From NCBI GenBank assembly GCA_009103225.1, contig RHPI01001921.1, positions 122,719 through 186,718 on the forward strand: 64,000 nt of DNA, written 5' to 3'. Below the pieces are notes generated by a model. That model was not told the DNA's origin. It made no database searches and saw only the letters and a list, made by a program, of their open reading frames with translations. Each line of letters begins with the position of its first letter. Position 1 is the stretch's first letter. The DNA is from Chlorokybus atmophyticus. Taxonomy: Eukaryota > Plantae > Mesostigma and Chlorokybus algae. Below are positions 48,320 to 61,419 of the stretch, piece after piece. The translations under genes were made by a program, and so were the position numbers.

Positions 48320-51130
48320 AAAGACCTCGCGCCAAAAGAATAACCCCGCTAACAGCATATAGAGATTATCAGACGGAATAGACAGCTATTGATGTAGCAC
48401 CCCTCATTACAAAGCCCTTATCTACATTAGGGTCCCAACGGGTATATACAGCCACCTAAGCCGTATTGAGGTCGTGAACTTAGTGTTAAGGCCCTAATGT
48501 AATATTAATTATCTGTAATAGTGATACTAACATAAGACATGAATCTCGTGTCGATATCAGTTGTATGACGGCACTGCTAACGCAGCGGCCGCCATAGCAC
48601 GGAAATCCTTTGCTCCGGCAGTGGCCGCTAGCGGCGGCGGTGTCGACGACGTGGCTGGTGGCGGTGTTGGGGGTAGGGGATGAGAGGGGGCGGTTGCACC
48701 CCACCTTACAATTGATGCCCATGGCCACCAAACTATGCTTAACCGCAAAGAGCATATTTTCATTTTATTTTGTGTATCTCGCAAATTGCATTGAGCGATA
48801 TTGCAAGGTTTGGGAGTAGTGCGTGATGCATATGGCACAAGGCGTGATGTTTGTGATAAACAGGTGGCAATGGATAGGTGTGACGCGTGGTCAGCGTAAT
48901 GGCTGTGATGGCGCGATGGGCGAAACGTGATGCGTGTGACATGGTGGGCGTGAGATAATCGGCATTATTGCGTTAACTACATATTTATGCTCTTGATACC
49001 TAAGAGCATAAAATGCTCCTAGACGCTAAGGGTTGTTTCGCACCGGGGGTTAGCGTCGCTGTCACAGCCCACTCGACCACAAAAGACTTGGTGCTTTTAT
49101 GGTCGATTTGTGGTAATTTAATGTACCTTCCCGTTACATTCCCCCCCACTTAAGAACGCTGACGTCCTCGGCAGCCGGCGCTCTCATCAGCTGGGGAATT
49201 TTCCCAGGGGTCTGATTTAGGGTCGGTCACCGGCCCCACCATCCACGGACCGGCCAATTTAGGCCCATACCGGTCAGCGCGCGCATATCGCGCCGCTGCC
49301 GGCCCCACAGGTCGCGTCGCCGCGATAGGCAGGTCGCGCCCTGCCGCGCCAACTGAACTGGTCAGTTCGGCGCGACTGCCATTAAGCAAGTCGCGACCCA
49401 TCGATGATGGCACTCATAAAGTGACCATTTACGATGTTATTGGATCGAGAACTAGCGGTGCGGCTGATTGGGCGGGATTGGGCCGGCCGGCCGGCCGGGG
49501 AGGACGGCATTAGGGCACAAAGACACATCACGCGCACTGAGGGCCATCACACACAGCACCCGAGACTACATGCCTGCCGCGCGCATACCGAGCAGCCCGC
49601 CTGCCTCTCATTGGCTATGCGACGTGTATCAGCTATCGGCCATTCGATTTGTGTTAAACAACTTTCAACCTTCCAAAGCCCATATCGTGCAATTGCACAA
49701 AGTACATGCGAATAAATAAAAGAATCCATTCATTTTGAGCACAACATGCACGGTGCACATATGCGTTATGTGTGCGTTGTACAGTCCACCCCCGCTAAAA
49801 GACTTTGCTCAAGAGAATAACCCCGCTTGTAGCATACGTTCTGAGATCACCAACGATGCTACAGGCAAATGTTAGTGCTTAAGAGAATATGACTAACAGC
49901 GAAGAGCATATTATTTTTCATGACATTTTTGCAGATGTCAGTGTGCGTAATCTTAACATTGAGGGAGTAGCGCGTGACGGGTGTGTCATCAGGCGTAATG
50001 AGTGCGATAGACAAGGCGTGATGGGTACAGTGTCACGCGTAATTAGCGTAATGAGCGTGATGGCATGATACGTGATGTAATGCGCGTGATGTAATGGGCG
50101 TGATGGGCGTATTGAATTGCATTGTAGCATACAAATGCTCTTAATGTTTAAGAGCATATTATGCTCTTTTTAACGCCAAGAGCATAACCCCGCCAGGAGC
50201 AAACTATCTTTAAAAACAAACAGCATGCTCTTAAAAGGGGCAGACTGTACAATAAATGTTTCAATGTAACTAGGTACGTACCACTATGTACCTTAACTGT
50301 ACAGTATACCTCCACTATATTCATCACGTGTATCTTTCATTCCATCAACGGGGTTATTCTCTTGGCGTTTACAATAATATATACGACTTTTTACATAATA
50401 TATATTCTATTAACAGGGGTGTTGCAAAATAACCGTAAGCCACGTTATTATGTTGTAACGTGGCATACATTAAATTGATAATAGTCAACAATATACCAAT
50501 TATGTACGTAACTATATATGAGTTCTGTAATATGTTTATGTATATAATATTTAAAATAAACATGCCATTAACAAGGTATTCCCCCGTAACAAGACTGCTC
50601 ACACAAAATTTGAACCCTTTGTTGTAGTCTTATAGCGTACAAAACTATTCCACTAACCGATGATATTAGTCTGTAAAACCATTGGATTTTTGCAAATTCA
50701 CGATCTCAACGGGGTTATTTTCATAAACCGAAGTCTTGTAACCGGGGTAGACTACATAGTTTACCCATTTGTAAGAGCATACTGGTATCCTCAAAAATTG
50801 TATGCCTTGGCGACTAAGAGCATAATATGCTCTTGAACGTTAAGGGCATATATATGCTATAAGCGCAGATTCATTTCGCCCATCACGCCTACTGGTCGGG
50901 CCGGCCTGTCGGCATTCAACCTACATCACACATCCCGCGCTAGGGCCATCACACGGCACCCGCGACTGCCGGGCTGCGCGGCAGTATGTGCGGCCCGCCT
51001 GCTTCTCATTGGCTAGGCGGCGAGAACAAGTGTTACACCGTTAGATCTGCCTAAGCACGATCCTGGCCGTCCAAAGCACATCCAATTGTTTAAGCGCATG
51101 CCAATAAATGTAAAAATAAGCACAGTTCTG
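48320..51130. repeat. Two diverged tandem copies (about 1.4-1.5 kb each) of a non-coding, probably non-autonomous DNA element
   Basis: The same motif order recurs in 48320-49790 and 49795-51130: AAGAATAACCCCGC, GCGTGATG arrays, ATGCTCTT-N7-AAGAGCAT hairpins, AGGGCCATCACAC...CTCATTGGCTA. Confidence 0.65.
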
Positions 51131-51654
51131 CAACGTGGCCGCTTATGGCTGCATGTTGATAGTTTCTTTAAAGTGTTACATTAATTATATTGATAAGTAT
51201 GCTGCAATATGGTGCAATATGGTGCGATATCATTAGCAAATGCTGTTAAGTGTTTCAAAACTTAATATTCAACGTAACGTTCACGCCACGGTACGTGCTG
51301 CGGTACTCAATATATAATGCCGAGGTTACGACCATAAAAATAATGCTAACCTGAATTACCTTAACGTTAAGATTCAACTAAACGAAAATTGCATCGTTAG
51401 GCCACCATTTGGTCACGCATGAGTTCGATCAAATGGGATCGCAACGGTGACAACAGCCAGTTGCTCAAAAAGGCAGCGAAATGGCCAATCATTGCAAAAA
51501 TGCGTAAAAGATGCTGAAAAATATCTCAGCGGCAACCGCTTACCAACGGCGACCCAAAATTGCTAGGGATTTGGTGCAATTGCGGCATAGTTAGTGGTTA
51601 CAACGGCCGCGTTTTTGGCGGTACGAGGTCGGGGCGGGCCCCATACCCCAAAGA

Positions 51655-51854
51655 CATGCCGCCACTACTCACCCTCGTTCTAACTAATCCACTCTACCCT
51701 TTAACGCTAATTGATTACACGCTATAGTTACTGCGTCATCAAACATGGTCAACAGCCGAAACAACAACCGCGGAATTCGTGTGCAAGGCAGGAATCGAAC
51801 CCGGGTCTCAAGCTCCGATGACCAATGTAACAGCACCACCGTCGCCGGTGATGC
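51655..51854 (-). mobile_element. Putative tRNA-derived SINE (degenerate tRNA head plus the body repeated at 2073-2260)
   Basis: The minus strand has GAGACCCGGGTTCGATTCCTGCC (B box, 51791-51801) directly followed by the dispersed repeat body. Confidence 0.5.
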
Positions 51855-52786
51855 CCCTTCAATCTACCCCAACACCCACACCGCCTATGACAAGCCTTTC
51901 AACGGCGTGGCCGCCACTGAGCAGAGAACTGGAAGTCCCCACATCAGATTGATGTGACCTGCTATATCAAGAGTATATCAACTATATACCTCTCGATAAT
52001 TAACTCACAACTAGACATCGACCCTACAGATAGGGTAGTTAGGAAATCTAGCGTGAGCCAATCACAGCTCAGATAAGGTACTTATCGATAAGGTACCTAT
52101 CTAAAGATACATATCGTAAGGTACCTAACGAGATAGTGATCACATTATATCAAATGTGACACTAAATAGGCTTGAATAAGCGGTTCTACACCCATTGGGA
52201 CTTATTTAAGCTATGATCAAGCATCATAGCCTTTAATAAGCGAGGAACCGTAGAAAAGAGGTATAAATAAGCATATTTAAATACTTATTCATACAAAATG
52301 TGTTATTTAGGTAGCAATAATACCCCTATTATTATTGCTCCCGTTACAGTCGCGGTGTTAGGGCGGCTGCTAACTCCGGTGTTTGTGACGCTATCACCAA
52401 ATGTTGCTAACCTCGTTTCGCGATAAACGGCGTCTTGTCTCAGTCTGGTGACCGGACTCTGGCAGGGCCTGCACTGCGTCGGCCGCAGCGGAGGCGGCGG
52501 TGGGAGGGTGGCGCGGTGGGTGGTTGCTGTGGGGATCCAGATTGATAGATAAACCGCCCGGTTGGGAGGGCGGAGTGGGTTGGGCGACCCAGCCTACGAG
52601 CACTTGACTGTGGTGGATCGCCGCCATTGCAGCGTTAGGTTGTGCGCCGAGCGACGATCAGCAGGTACATAGTTATGTGGCAAGTTCACAAGTGTGTGGC
52701 TGATCTTCAATGCTTGTGGTGTGTGATAGTTGTCGCATTCACTGTAAGTTTCTGCACTTTCTCATTGGAGTTGTTGTCTTGCAGGC

Positions 52787-54199
52787 ATGGTGCGACCTCC
52801 AGCGTTCACCATGGTTGTTCTTGTCATGCTGGTGCTACTCATTCGTCAGTGGTCTGTAACCCGAGCCCGGTTGATGAGAAGAGCTGCTCGTTTGCGACGG
52901 CGCATGCGTGTAGAGCGTCGGAATGCATCCATGCGCATGTATCTTATGCTGGCTTTGCAGCGTCGCAGTTTGCAAGCAGGCAACTGGGGCTATGTGTTCC
53001 CAAGGTCTACAGCTTGAATTGACAATTCTGTGACATTCTTTTGGCCAAATGAGATGTGGGTTAGACATTAAATATTTTTGCATGAAACGAAGTACTTTTG
53101 ATAGAGTATGCGAGTTAGTCAATTCGGTTGCTGCTGCAGACACAAATGCTAGACTCGCAATACCATTACGCAAGCGGGTTGGTATAGCAGTGTATAGATT
53201 AGCGCATGGGACCAAATATGTGACTATCTCTGAGTTGTCGAGAGTTAGCGCTGTGCATGGAATCTTTATTGCATTTTGTCACCGGATTAAAAGAAGTAGC
53301 TAGCCAGCATGTGTATTGGCCTACGGAGCGTCAGTTGCGACGAGTCATCATGAAGTTTGAGCATGAGAAGGGCTTCATTGGGTGTGCTGGAGCAATTGAC
53401 TGCAGCCATGTTCGCATCACCAAGCCCAGGATTGAGCGTCCCGCCGACTATTGGAGCCGAAAAGGCTTTTACAGCCTTATTATGCAGGCATGTGTTGCTT
53501 GTGCATGCGTATCATTAATTTGTATCAAATGATCTGAGAGCACGCATTGATGGTTGCCTTTTGGTTGTAGGCCATTGTTGATTCTGATGCCCGATTTCTC
53601 GACATCAACCTAGGTTCCCAGGTAGTGTGCACGACACACGCATTTGGCGCAACTCTGGGTTTTACGCACGGGTACAGCTCGGGAATTTGATGCAAGCACC
53701 TACTATGGAGTTACCAATGGGAGATACTATCAAGCCTGATCTATTGGGTCAGTCTAGCAGCATACCCATTTCTATAATGCATTCAATACGCCTCTCACCT
53801 GCCCCGCATGCAGGTGATGCGGGCTACCCCAACTCGGAGCACATAGTTGCGCCATATCCTTGCGTGCGAGGCAATCACGCCATGCCAGAGTTCAAGCATA
53901 TCTTCAACTTCAAGCATAGTTCAGCACGCATGTGTGTCGAGCACGCATTCGGGGTATCTAAAAAGAGATGGACACTACTAGCTGGAGAGATCACAAATGG
54001 CTTGCAACATGTGGCCACAATAGTTGTAGCAGGCGTTGTGCTGCACAACTTCCTAATTGAGTGCAAAGAAGACATGCCCGAGGTGGATGTGTTTGAAGGC
54101 AACGACGACAATACGGACATGGACATGGACATGGAGGATGAGTTGGGTGCACAAGACATCCGTGACAGACTATCACGACTGTGTGATATATGGCAATAG
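52787..54199 (+). mobile_element. PIF/Harbinger DDE transposase (HARBI1-like), decayed
   Basis: MKRSTFDRVCELV, IPLRKRVGIAVYRLAHG, GCAGAIDCSHV, YWSRKGFYSLIMQ, GSVHDTRIW, LLGDAGY, FNFKHSSARMCVEHAFG.SKKRW, VLHNF. In-frame stops and frameshifts occur in the 5' part. Confidence 0.9.
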
Positions 54200-54239
54200 C
54201 TATGACACTAGCTTGCAGGGCGCAATACGGCGGCCAAAG

Positions 54240-55764
54240 CACCAATACAACGCTCTAGTGAGGCATTGGACTTGTCAGCTTGCTCGCCCATCCACTTGAG
54301 CTCTTCTTGCTGCATTTCTCGATGTGCTTATAAACGCTCGTGCTCCATGTCCAGCGTCATATTGGTGTTGTGATTGAATGCCGCCACCACGGCATCGGAA
54401 GCAGCTGCGCCCCTACGCCTGCGACCGCTAGACTTGTCCGTGGCTGGTGCTTTATCTGGGTCTGTCAAGGCAGTCACTTATAAGGCACATTATAAGCATT
54501 TTAGCAATCCCATGCATGCATACACATTATCACACCTGTGTCTGCCTCCGGACTAAAAGAGTCCCACGCGTTCTGCGGGTCTGCTGCATGCAAGTTCTTC
54601 CTGCCATTCCACAATGCATCATACAGAGGAGCGCTGTTCATTAGCAGCATCGGCTTCATGTTGGCAGCCTTCTTCTCTTCTAGTAACATGCGAAAATTAA
54701 TCTTTATTCCCACTTAAGTTGATAAAGTCACGCACTTCACTAAACTGACTTTTTACAGCCTTCCACCTGCATGGCACCGCCAATACGCAGTCTGATGGGT
54801 GTGAGCATGGGCATGGTGACTGATGTGTGCTGCCTATTGTGAGTAAGCGTGTGCATGCTGACTGATGGCTTTGTCATGTGTGACTGAACGTGTGCGTGCA
54901 CATGCGCGTACGCACGCGCATGCGCGTGCTGGTCGTACATGGACACAAGCGATGGACTGATGTGTGCTGGCTGTTGTGAGTCAGCGTGTGCATGCTGACT
55001 GATGGCTTTGTCATGTGTGACTGAACGTGTGCGTGCACATGCGCGTACGCATGAGCATGCGCACGCGCATGCGCGTGCTGGTCGTACATGGACACAAGCG
55101 ATGGACTGATGTGTGCTGGCTGTTGTGAGTCAGCGTGTGCATGCTGACTGATGACTTTATCATGTGTGACTGAACGTGTCCGTGCACATGCGCGTACGCA
55201 TGAGCATGCGCACGCGCATGCGCCTGCTGGTTGTACATGGACACAAGCGATGGATTGATGTGTGCTAGCTGTTGTGAGTCAACGTGTGCATGCTGACTGA
55301 TGACTTTATCCTGTGTGCGTGCGCGCGTGCTGGTCGTACATGGACACATGTGATAGCTTGCGCGTATGCTGCTGTTCATGCATGTGCCTATGCATGTTGG
55401 CAGGTGCAAGTGAAGGTGTGCATGATAATCGATCAGCGCATGTGTGACTGCATGCTTTCCTTGCGCGTGTGCATGCGCAAGCACGCACACGCGGACGTGC
55501 ATGTGATGGCTGCCAGGTGTGCTACTATCTCACTACGCACCTGTTTTTGCATTATGGCAGCATTCTTATCCACTCCACATCTTGTTCGTGACACATCGCA
55601 AAGACTTCAATCCACTTTTGGGGCTGAGACTTCGTTTGCTGATAGATGCCCCCTTCCAGTGTCTTCTGGTCCATCATGTTCCACGCCTCAATCAAAGCCA
55701 TGGTCTCCCCAACGCTCCACTCAAGGTCTCTACCTCGCGTGTGACGGTGCTCGTGCCTTGTCAC
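54240..55764 (-). mobile_element. Harbinger second ORF: Myb/SANT-like (trihelix) DNA-binding protein, decayed
   Basis: EWSVGETMALIEAW...QKWIEVFAMC...WIRMLP*CKNR| (the stop lies where the QCK motif has Q). It is convergent with the transposase, as is typical of Harbingers. Confidence 0.7.
54818..55290. repeat. Tandem repeat (about 137-149 bp units, about 3.5 copies) in the intron of the Harbinger Myb ORF
   Basis: GACTGATGTGTGCTG...GTGTGCATGCTGACTGATG... units start at about 54818, 54955, 55104 and 55253. Confidence 0.85.
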
Positions 55765-56012
55765 CTGCGAGCTGGTCCAATCAACAACCCTCTCACCAAG
55801 GCACGGTTTTCACACCGGAACCTTGCCCCCTCTGCCAAGCACACACGCGCGCCCCGCCACTCGCGTACGCACGCGCACGCGCTCGAAGCTACACACCGAC
55901 TTGTGTAGCGCCTTGGATCGTCACACAAGCAAGCACACACGTGTGGACATACGCTACCAACCCTTGCTAACCACCACCAGGCTTGCACACAAGAAACTAG
56001 GGAGCTAAAGGT

Positions 56013-57886
56013 TGTATTGCAAATTGTCAAATGTCACTTTTATACCTACCAGTCTGCACATGCTACTATCTAGACGATTCTAGCGCTAGACGGAACTAGA
56101 AGCTAAGATATTCTTGCAGAATCTTGTAGTACACTTCTAGACCTTTCCGACGCAACAAAGTCTGCTCATATGGTCAAGTTGTACTACTTGGCGCCAGGCC
56201 CTTCCAGAAATCTGGTCGAGCCCTTCTCGACTGGCCCTCCGTTTTCTGGCGTCTTGAAGACTGACCCTGGGCCGGTCGATATCTGCGGCAGACTCGCAAC
56301 TCGTCGATATCCGCCACAAGTTATGAAAAACATGAAACCTCACAAATAAGGCCTAACATGGCCATGGAAATCGCAAATTTGGTCTTTACTATTACACTCC
56401 TCCCCCCCTATGTGAGCTTCGTCCTCGAAGCTCGCGAGGTTGTCGTCGAGCAAGATAGTCACGCACAGCGTCTCGAGCATTAGCCAAGTGTGCCTCTGGC
56501 TCCCAGGTTGCTTCATGCAATTGACAGCCCTTCCATTGCACTAAGAACTTGCGCACGCCATGCACAAACTTCTCACCAAGGATGTCTGCTACCTCCCACT
56601 CTGGTTCACCATGCCAACTTCGGGGGGTAGCCTTTCTGGCGGTTGTCCTCGATATGTCTTCAGAAAAGAGACGTGAAAAACGGGGTACACACGCATGGTG
56701 TCGGGTAGCTCCAGCTTGTATGCCACGTCCTAGATAACTTTACTGACTTTAAATGGTCCCAACCAGCGTTCATTCAGCTTGCGAACTCCCACACGCACGT
56801 GTACATGCTTTGCGGAGAGTAACACAATGTCGCCTTCTTGAAATGTGAGGTGTTGGCGATGCGCGTCCGCATACTGCTTCTGCCTGTTTTGTGCCATTAA
56901 TAGCGCCTCCCTAGCTGCCTTATTAATGTCCGCGCACTTTGTGAGGAGGTCAATTGCTGCCTCCACACACATGTCATGTCGTCGCGGTGTCCATGCCGTC
57001 AATGGTGTCAATGGATGTTGCCCGTAGTTCATAAGAAAGGGAGTGACACTTGTGCCTGCATTGTGGTGGTTGTTAATCGCAAACTCCGCCAATTTAAGCA
57101 GCTCCGCCCAATTGTCTTATCGCGCGTTAACCTAGCAACGCAGCATGTCGTCGATTACACGGTTGGCCCGCTCCATTTGCCCATCAGTTTGCGGGTGGAA
57201 TGCCGTGCTAAACTTCAATGTGGTACCCAGTGGACTATGCAGCGCCTCCCAAAACTCACTTGTAAAGCGCGGGTCGCGATCACTCACAATGCTTCCTTGT
57301 AATTCATGAGAACGAAACACACACTTGCTTCACGAACAAGCGTGCTGCCTCCGGTGCCGTGCAAGACTCACCACACGGTGCCAAGCGCACCATTTTGCTG
57401 GTTTTCTTGACGAACACAAGTATAGCGTCGTACCCTTCTTTTGTCTTTGGTAGCCCCGTGATAAAATCCATGGTAGCTTGCTCCCACTTGGACAATGGCA
57501 TAGGGAGAGGTTGCAGCAACCCACTTGGCTTTTGGTTGCTTGCCTTCACCCTTTGGCATGCGTCGCACAACGCCACGTAGTCGCGCACATTGCAATGCAT
57601 CTCTCGCCAGTAAAAACGCTCCAAGCTTGCCAAAATCCTCTCCAACCCTTGGTGACCAGCAATGGGCACGTCATGAGCTTCTTTAGCAACTTCACATGGA
57701 TATGCGCAACGTTGGGGATGTACAAGCGCCCGTGGTGCCATAGCAGCTCGTCGCGCATGGACCAATGCCCACTTGTGTCCGTGGCTGCACTTTTCAGCTC
57801 TTGCAACACTTTCATACCCTCCGTGTCTTCACGAAGCACTTGCCGAATCTGATCGGTCCACTCGGGCTGCACTTGAGCGAGTGCCT
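56013..57886 (-). mobile_element. 3' part of a chromovirus (Ty3/gypsy): integrase, chromodomain, PPT and 3' LTR
   Basis: HHCC finger (GHQG...CDACQ), [46 protein letters not shown] and chromodomain FLVQWKGCQLHEATWEPEAHL. PPT at 56397-56408, followed by TGTAAT at 56396; LTR end at about 56013 is tentative. The ORF is frameshifted. Confidence 0.88.
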
Positions 57887-58009
57887 CACACCGGTAATTC
57901 TGGACCCCCCGAATTTCTGAAAATTCAGCGCATTTGCCCTGAATACTCATCTGTTTTATGTGTGAACTCGCCACTTGCGTGGCTGCAGAGGTCGCTGTTA
58001 CGATTGCTG

Positions 58010-58560
58010 ATTATTCAGGCCAAATGCCCTGAATACAAGCAATGGATATTCACACGTTTTGGTCATGAATAATTGTAGTTGTCCATCTCGCACACAACCT
58101 CCTACATGTGAGTAGTTATTCACTCGCGACAGAACTGCATATTCAGTCTTCTTAGGTATACATGGTCCTAGACTTGTACCATGGCACCAAGTGATTATTC
58201 ATACTTTGTGTGCATGAATATTTACAGCGCCTGCTCTCACACTATGTCCTCCTTATAGGTAATTATTCACACGCATATTGGCTTAATGTTCACACATATT
58301 AAAGCTGTTTCAACAGCACATGTACCATACTAGCAAGTGATTATTCATATGATTTGTGATTGAATAATACAGCATATCTGCTCTCACACATAGTCCTATA
58401 TATGAGTGGTTATTCACCCATAGTATGGTTGAACAATCACTGCTGCCTTTGGTCGATTTTTCACGCGAATGATAATTGAATCATACAGCACTTCTGCTCA
58501 CACACAGTCCTACATATAAGTGGTTATTCACTCACAGTTTGGTTGAATAATCACTGCATC
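58010..58560. repeat. Degenerate tandem/subterminal repeats containing TTATTCA
   Basis: CTGCTCTCACAC...GTCCT...GTTATTCAC units recur at about 58070, 58230, 58380 and 58495. Confidence 0.6.
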
Positions 58561-58707
58561 TTGCTATCGTCAACAGCTGTGACATAGCATAGCTGTGACA
58601 TAGCACATAGCAATCAGTCCAGCCGGTGAATCTGGACAGCAATGTCAGCTGAATGGCAGCTGACTCGAACAACAAATTCACTGATGTCTACAATGTATCT
58701 CTGCTAC

Positions 58708-61223
58708 CTACTTCTTGCTGCCTCGACCACGCCCACCGCGCCCACCCCGCCCACCCCGCCCACCCCGGCTGCCCTTCCCACGGCCCCTCCCGCGCTGTGT
58801 GGTTGTGCCTTCCTTTGCTGGCTCCCTCACCTTGATACTCTTCAGCAACCCAACAGGCCAAAGTAGCAACAAACCCGGCTCGCACTCTGCGCATACATCA
58901 ACCACACATGAACTCAGCTGACTTGCACAATGTTGAAACTGTTCATGCAATCGCATGCACACAAACGCGTTCACCTTTCAAGTGGGTCACTTGCACTCCA
59001 ACCCCATCACGCTTGAAGCTGATTGGCAGAGGCACAACCTCTTCTTCCCCTGGTCCGGGACGTCTGGTCCTAGTGATGGGAAGACTGCGGCTGAACTGGA
59101 CCACCATGTTGCCGTCTCCAATCTTCTTGCCATGAAACTTGTTGACAGGATTGATGTCGCTTACGTGCGCCTCCCCTACTGGTTCTTTGCGCCCGTTAAT
59201 GAACAGTTGGACTTCACTGCCAACCTTCATCGTCGGTGCGGTGTCGTCCTTGTCGCTCAGCTCTTCCTGCGCATGCAAGTGACAAACACATCAAGAGGTA
59301 CACACATACACAGATGTGATCTCTCATACAGCGCTTGCGAAGCGACCTGCCTTCTGCGAGTCGTTGTCGCTGTTGTTGGGGCTGTCCCCCTCGCTGTCCG
59401 GGGCGCTGTCCTTGGCGCCATCTTCACCGCTGTTCTCGCTTCTACCTGTCTCAGGCATTTCTGAATACGTTGGCTCATCCTGCGCGACAAGGTGACACGA
59501 CGTGTTAACAAGCTTACAGCCGTCACGCAACGAATGCGTGCCTGCCGCAGGTGACAGTTTGTGTGCAGCCAGAAGAACGCAAGAAGCCCATAAGATCAAG
59601 TACATGGTGCTTTCATACCTCCTTTTGCTTGCCGCTCTTCTTCTCCAACACCGTCTCCTGCTTGCCAGTCGAGTGGCCTGCCTCCTGAGACTTGTAGGGA
59701 GCCGGTATCGAGCGAACAGTTTTGTTTGTTTTCTTTTTGGGGGGGCTTGACACCTCATCCTCCTGCCAACAGCATGAAGTCAGATGGTGAGCCACAACTC
59801 AGTGCATTGCCGCTCTATCAAGTCCAATGCTGCGTACCTCACCAGACACTTTGCGCTTCCCTGAGCTGCTGTCACGCACATCAGCACCCTGCTTGGCACG
59901 TGCCTGAACACAACAGTCATGAACGATCATGAACACATGTTTAGCAAAGTACAAGCAGGAGCGGCATCTGACCTGTGAACCAGTAGCAGGAGAACTTGAG
60001 GGTTGTGGTGCAGTGCCTTCCTTGTTACCTATCGCATACACAAGGCACCGATCACAAAAGCCTGCATATACACACAGTACTCCAGCAGCTGCCTGCGCGC
60101 GCAAGACGCGGCTCACGCTGCGAGGTGCCATTTCTGTCGTCGCTGGCGTCGCTGGCGGGATGTGAACGCGTGGGCGCCGTGCAATTACAAGGGGTCATCA
60201 TACACACCACACAACCTGCATACATAAGGCACCATCAAACACAAAGCATCGTTCTCAACACGACATTGACAAAGCCAACTTTGTGCAAACTGTAGGTCAC
60301 CCTCTGAGGTGGCATCCTCGTCGTCGCTGGCAGATTGCACTTCTTTTGACTTCTTGGGCTTCTTCTTGTTGGCTTTCTATCAAGCACATGGCAAAGGCAC
60401 TCAAGACATGCACATCGCACGAACACCTTAGTCACTACATGACACACACCTTGTTGTTCTTGTCGCTAGGCCCTCCCCTGCGCCTTGGCACAAAGCCCCC
60501 CGCGAAAGCCTTCTCCATCATCTCCTTGTAACGATTCCGACTCTTTTCTTTCTGCTTCTCTTTGTGCTTGGGGTTGCTGTATCCCTTTTTGTTGCCCAGA
60601 TACTGTTGAATCTTCAAACGCGCCTACCCACCAATGAAGAAGTTGTGAAGGCCAACACATGCAAAGCAAACTCCTCCTAGCTCAGACAATGCTGCCATAT
60701 TGCATGACAGCTCATGTAACTGTGGGAATTTGCCAACCATTTGATAGGAGAGCTCTGGATTCAGCAGATGCCAGCATTTGGTTGCAAGAGCGAACTTGAA
60801 TGGGTCCTGCTTCGTTTGAGTCTTCCCCGGCATCATGCGACAGTACTCGTAGCAAATCCGGCCTTTGTCGGCCAGCTTGGTGACCTTGCGACGATCACGG
60901 GCATGATGCTTCCCACGCCAATGTAGGACCTTCAGTGCCTGCATGATTTACATTGGTGCACTAGTACAACATGGGACAAAACAGACTTCGGCAGCAAGGT
61001 CTGACATTGATTGCGGATGCTTGATGCATAAGCTCACTTTTAAGGAGACCATTGCTGTGGTCTCAAGATCACGCAGGTGAACAGTCGCCTCACTGGTTTC
61101 CCACTCATGCTGCAGCTGCTCATCAGAAGGACCACCAGCATTCTTCCCCCATATCTCTTCGTCCAAATTCTCCCATCCTTCGCTGCAGTTGCTGGACCGC
61201 CCACCCGACGTGGTGCCTGACAT
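58708..61223 (-). mobile_element. Spliced, decayed CACTA/EnSpm TnpA-like ORF (Transposase_23-like C-terminal domain)
   Basis: MKVGSEVQLFINGRKEPVGEAHVSDINPVNKFHGKKIGDGNMVVQF resembles the TNP1/EN/SPM domain as recalled. It has low-complexity K/S/D linkers and an RGG tail. Confidence 0.5.
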
Positions 61224-61419
61224 GATGATGCCCTCCTGTAGATAGATCAAGCTTGCTTTACAAGTCAGTTGCAACCGCAACCCTAATCAACCTCAAGTCT
61301 TGGTTGACTCAAGTGACTGCAGGTTGTAAGCCATGTGGACTTGCTTGTTGACTTGTCACAGCAAGCAAACCATGTACCTTGCAAAAGAAGTGTCTCTAAG
61401 CTGCTTGCACAAAGGCGTG

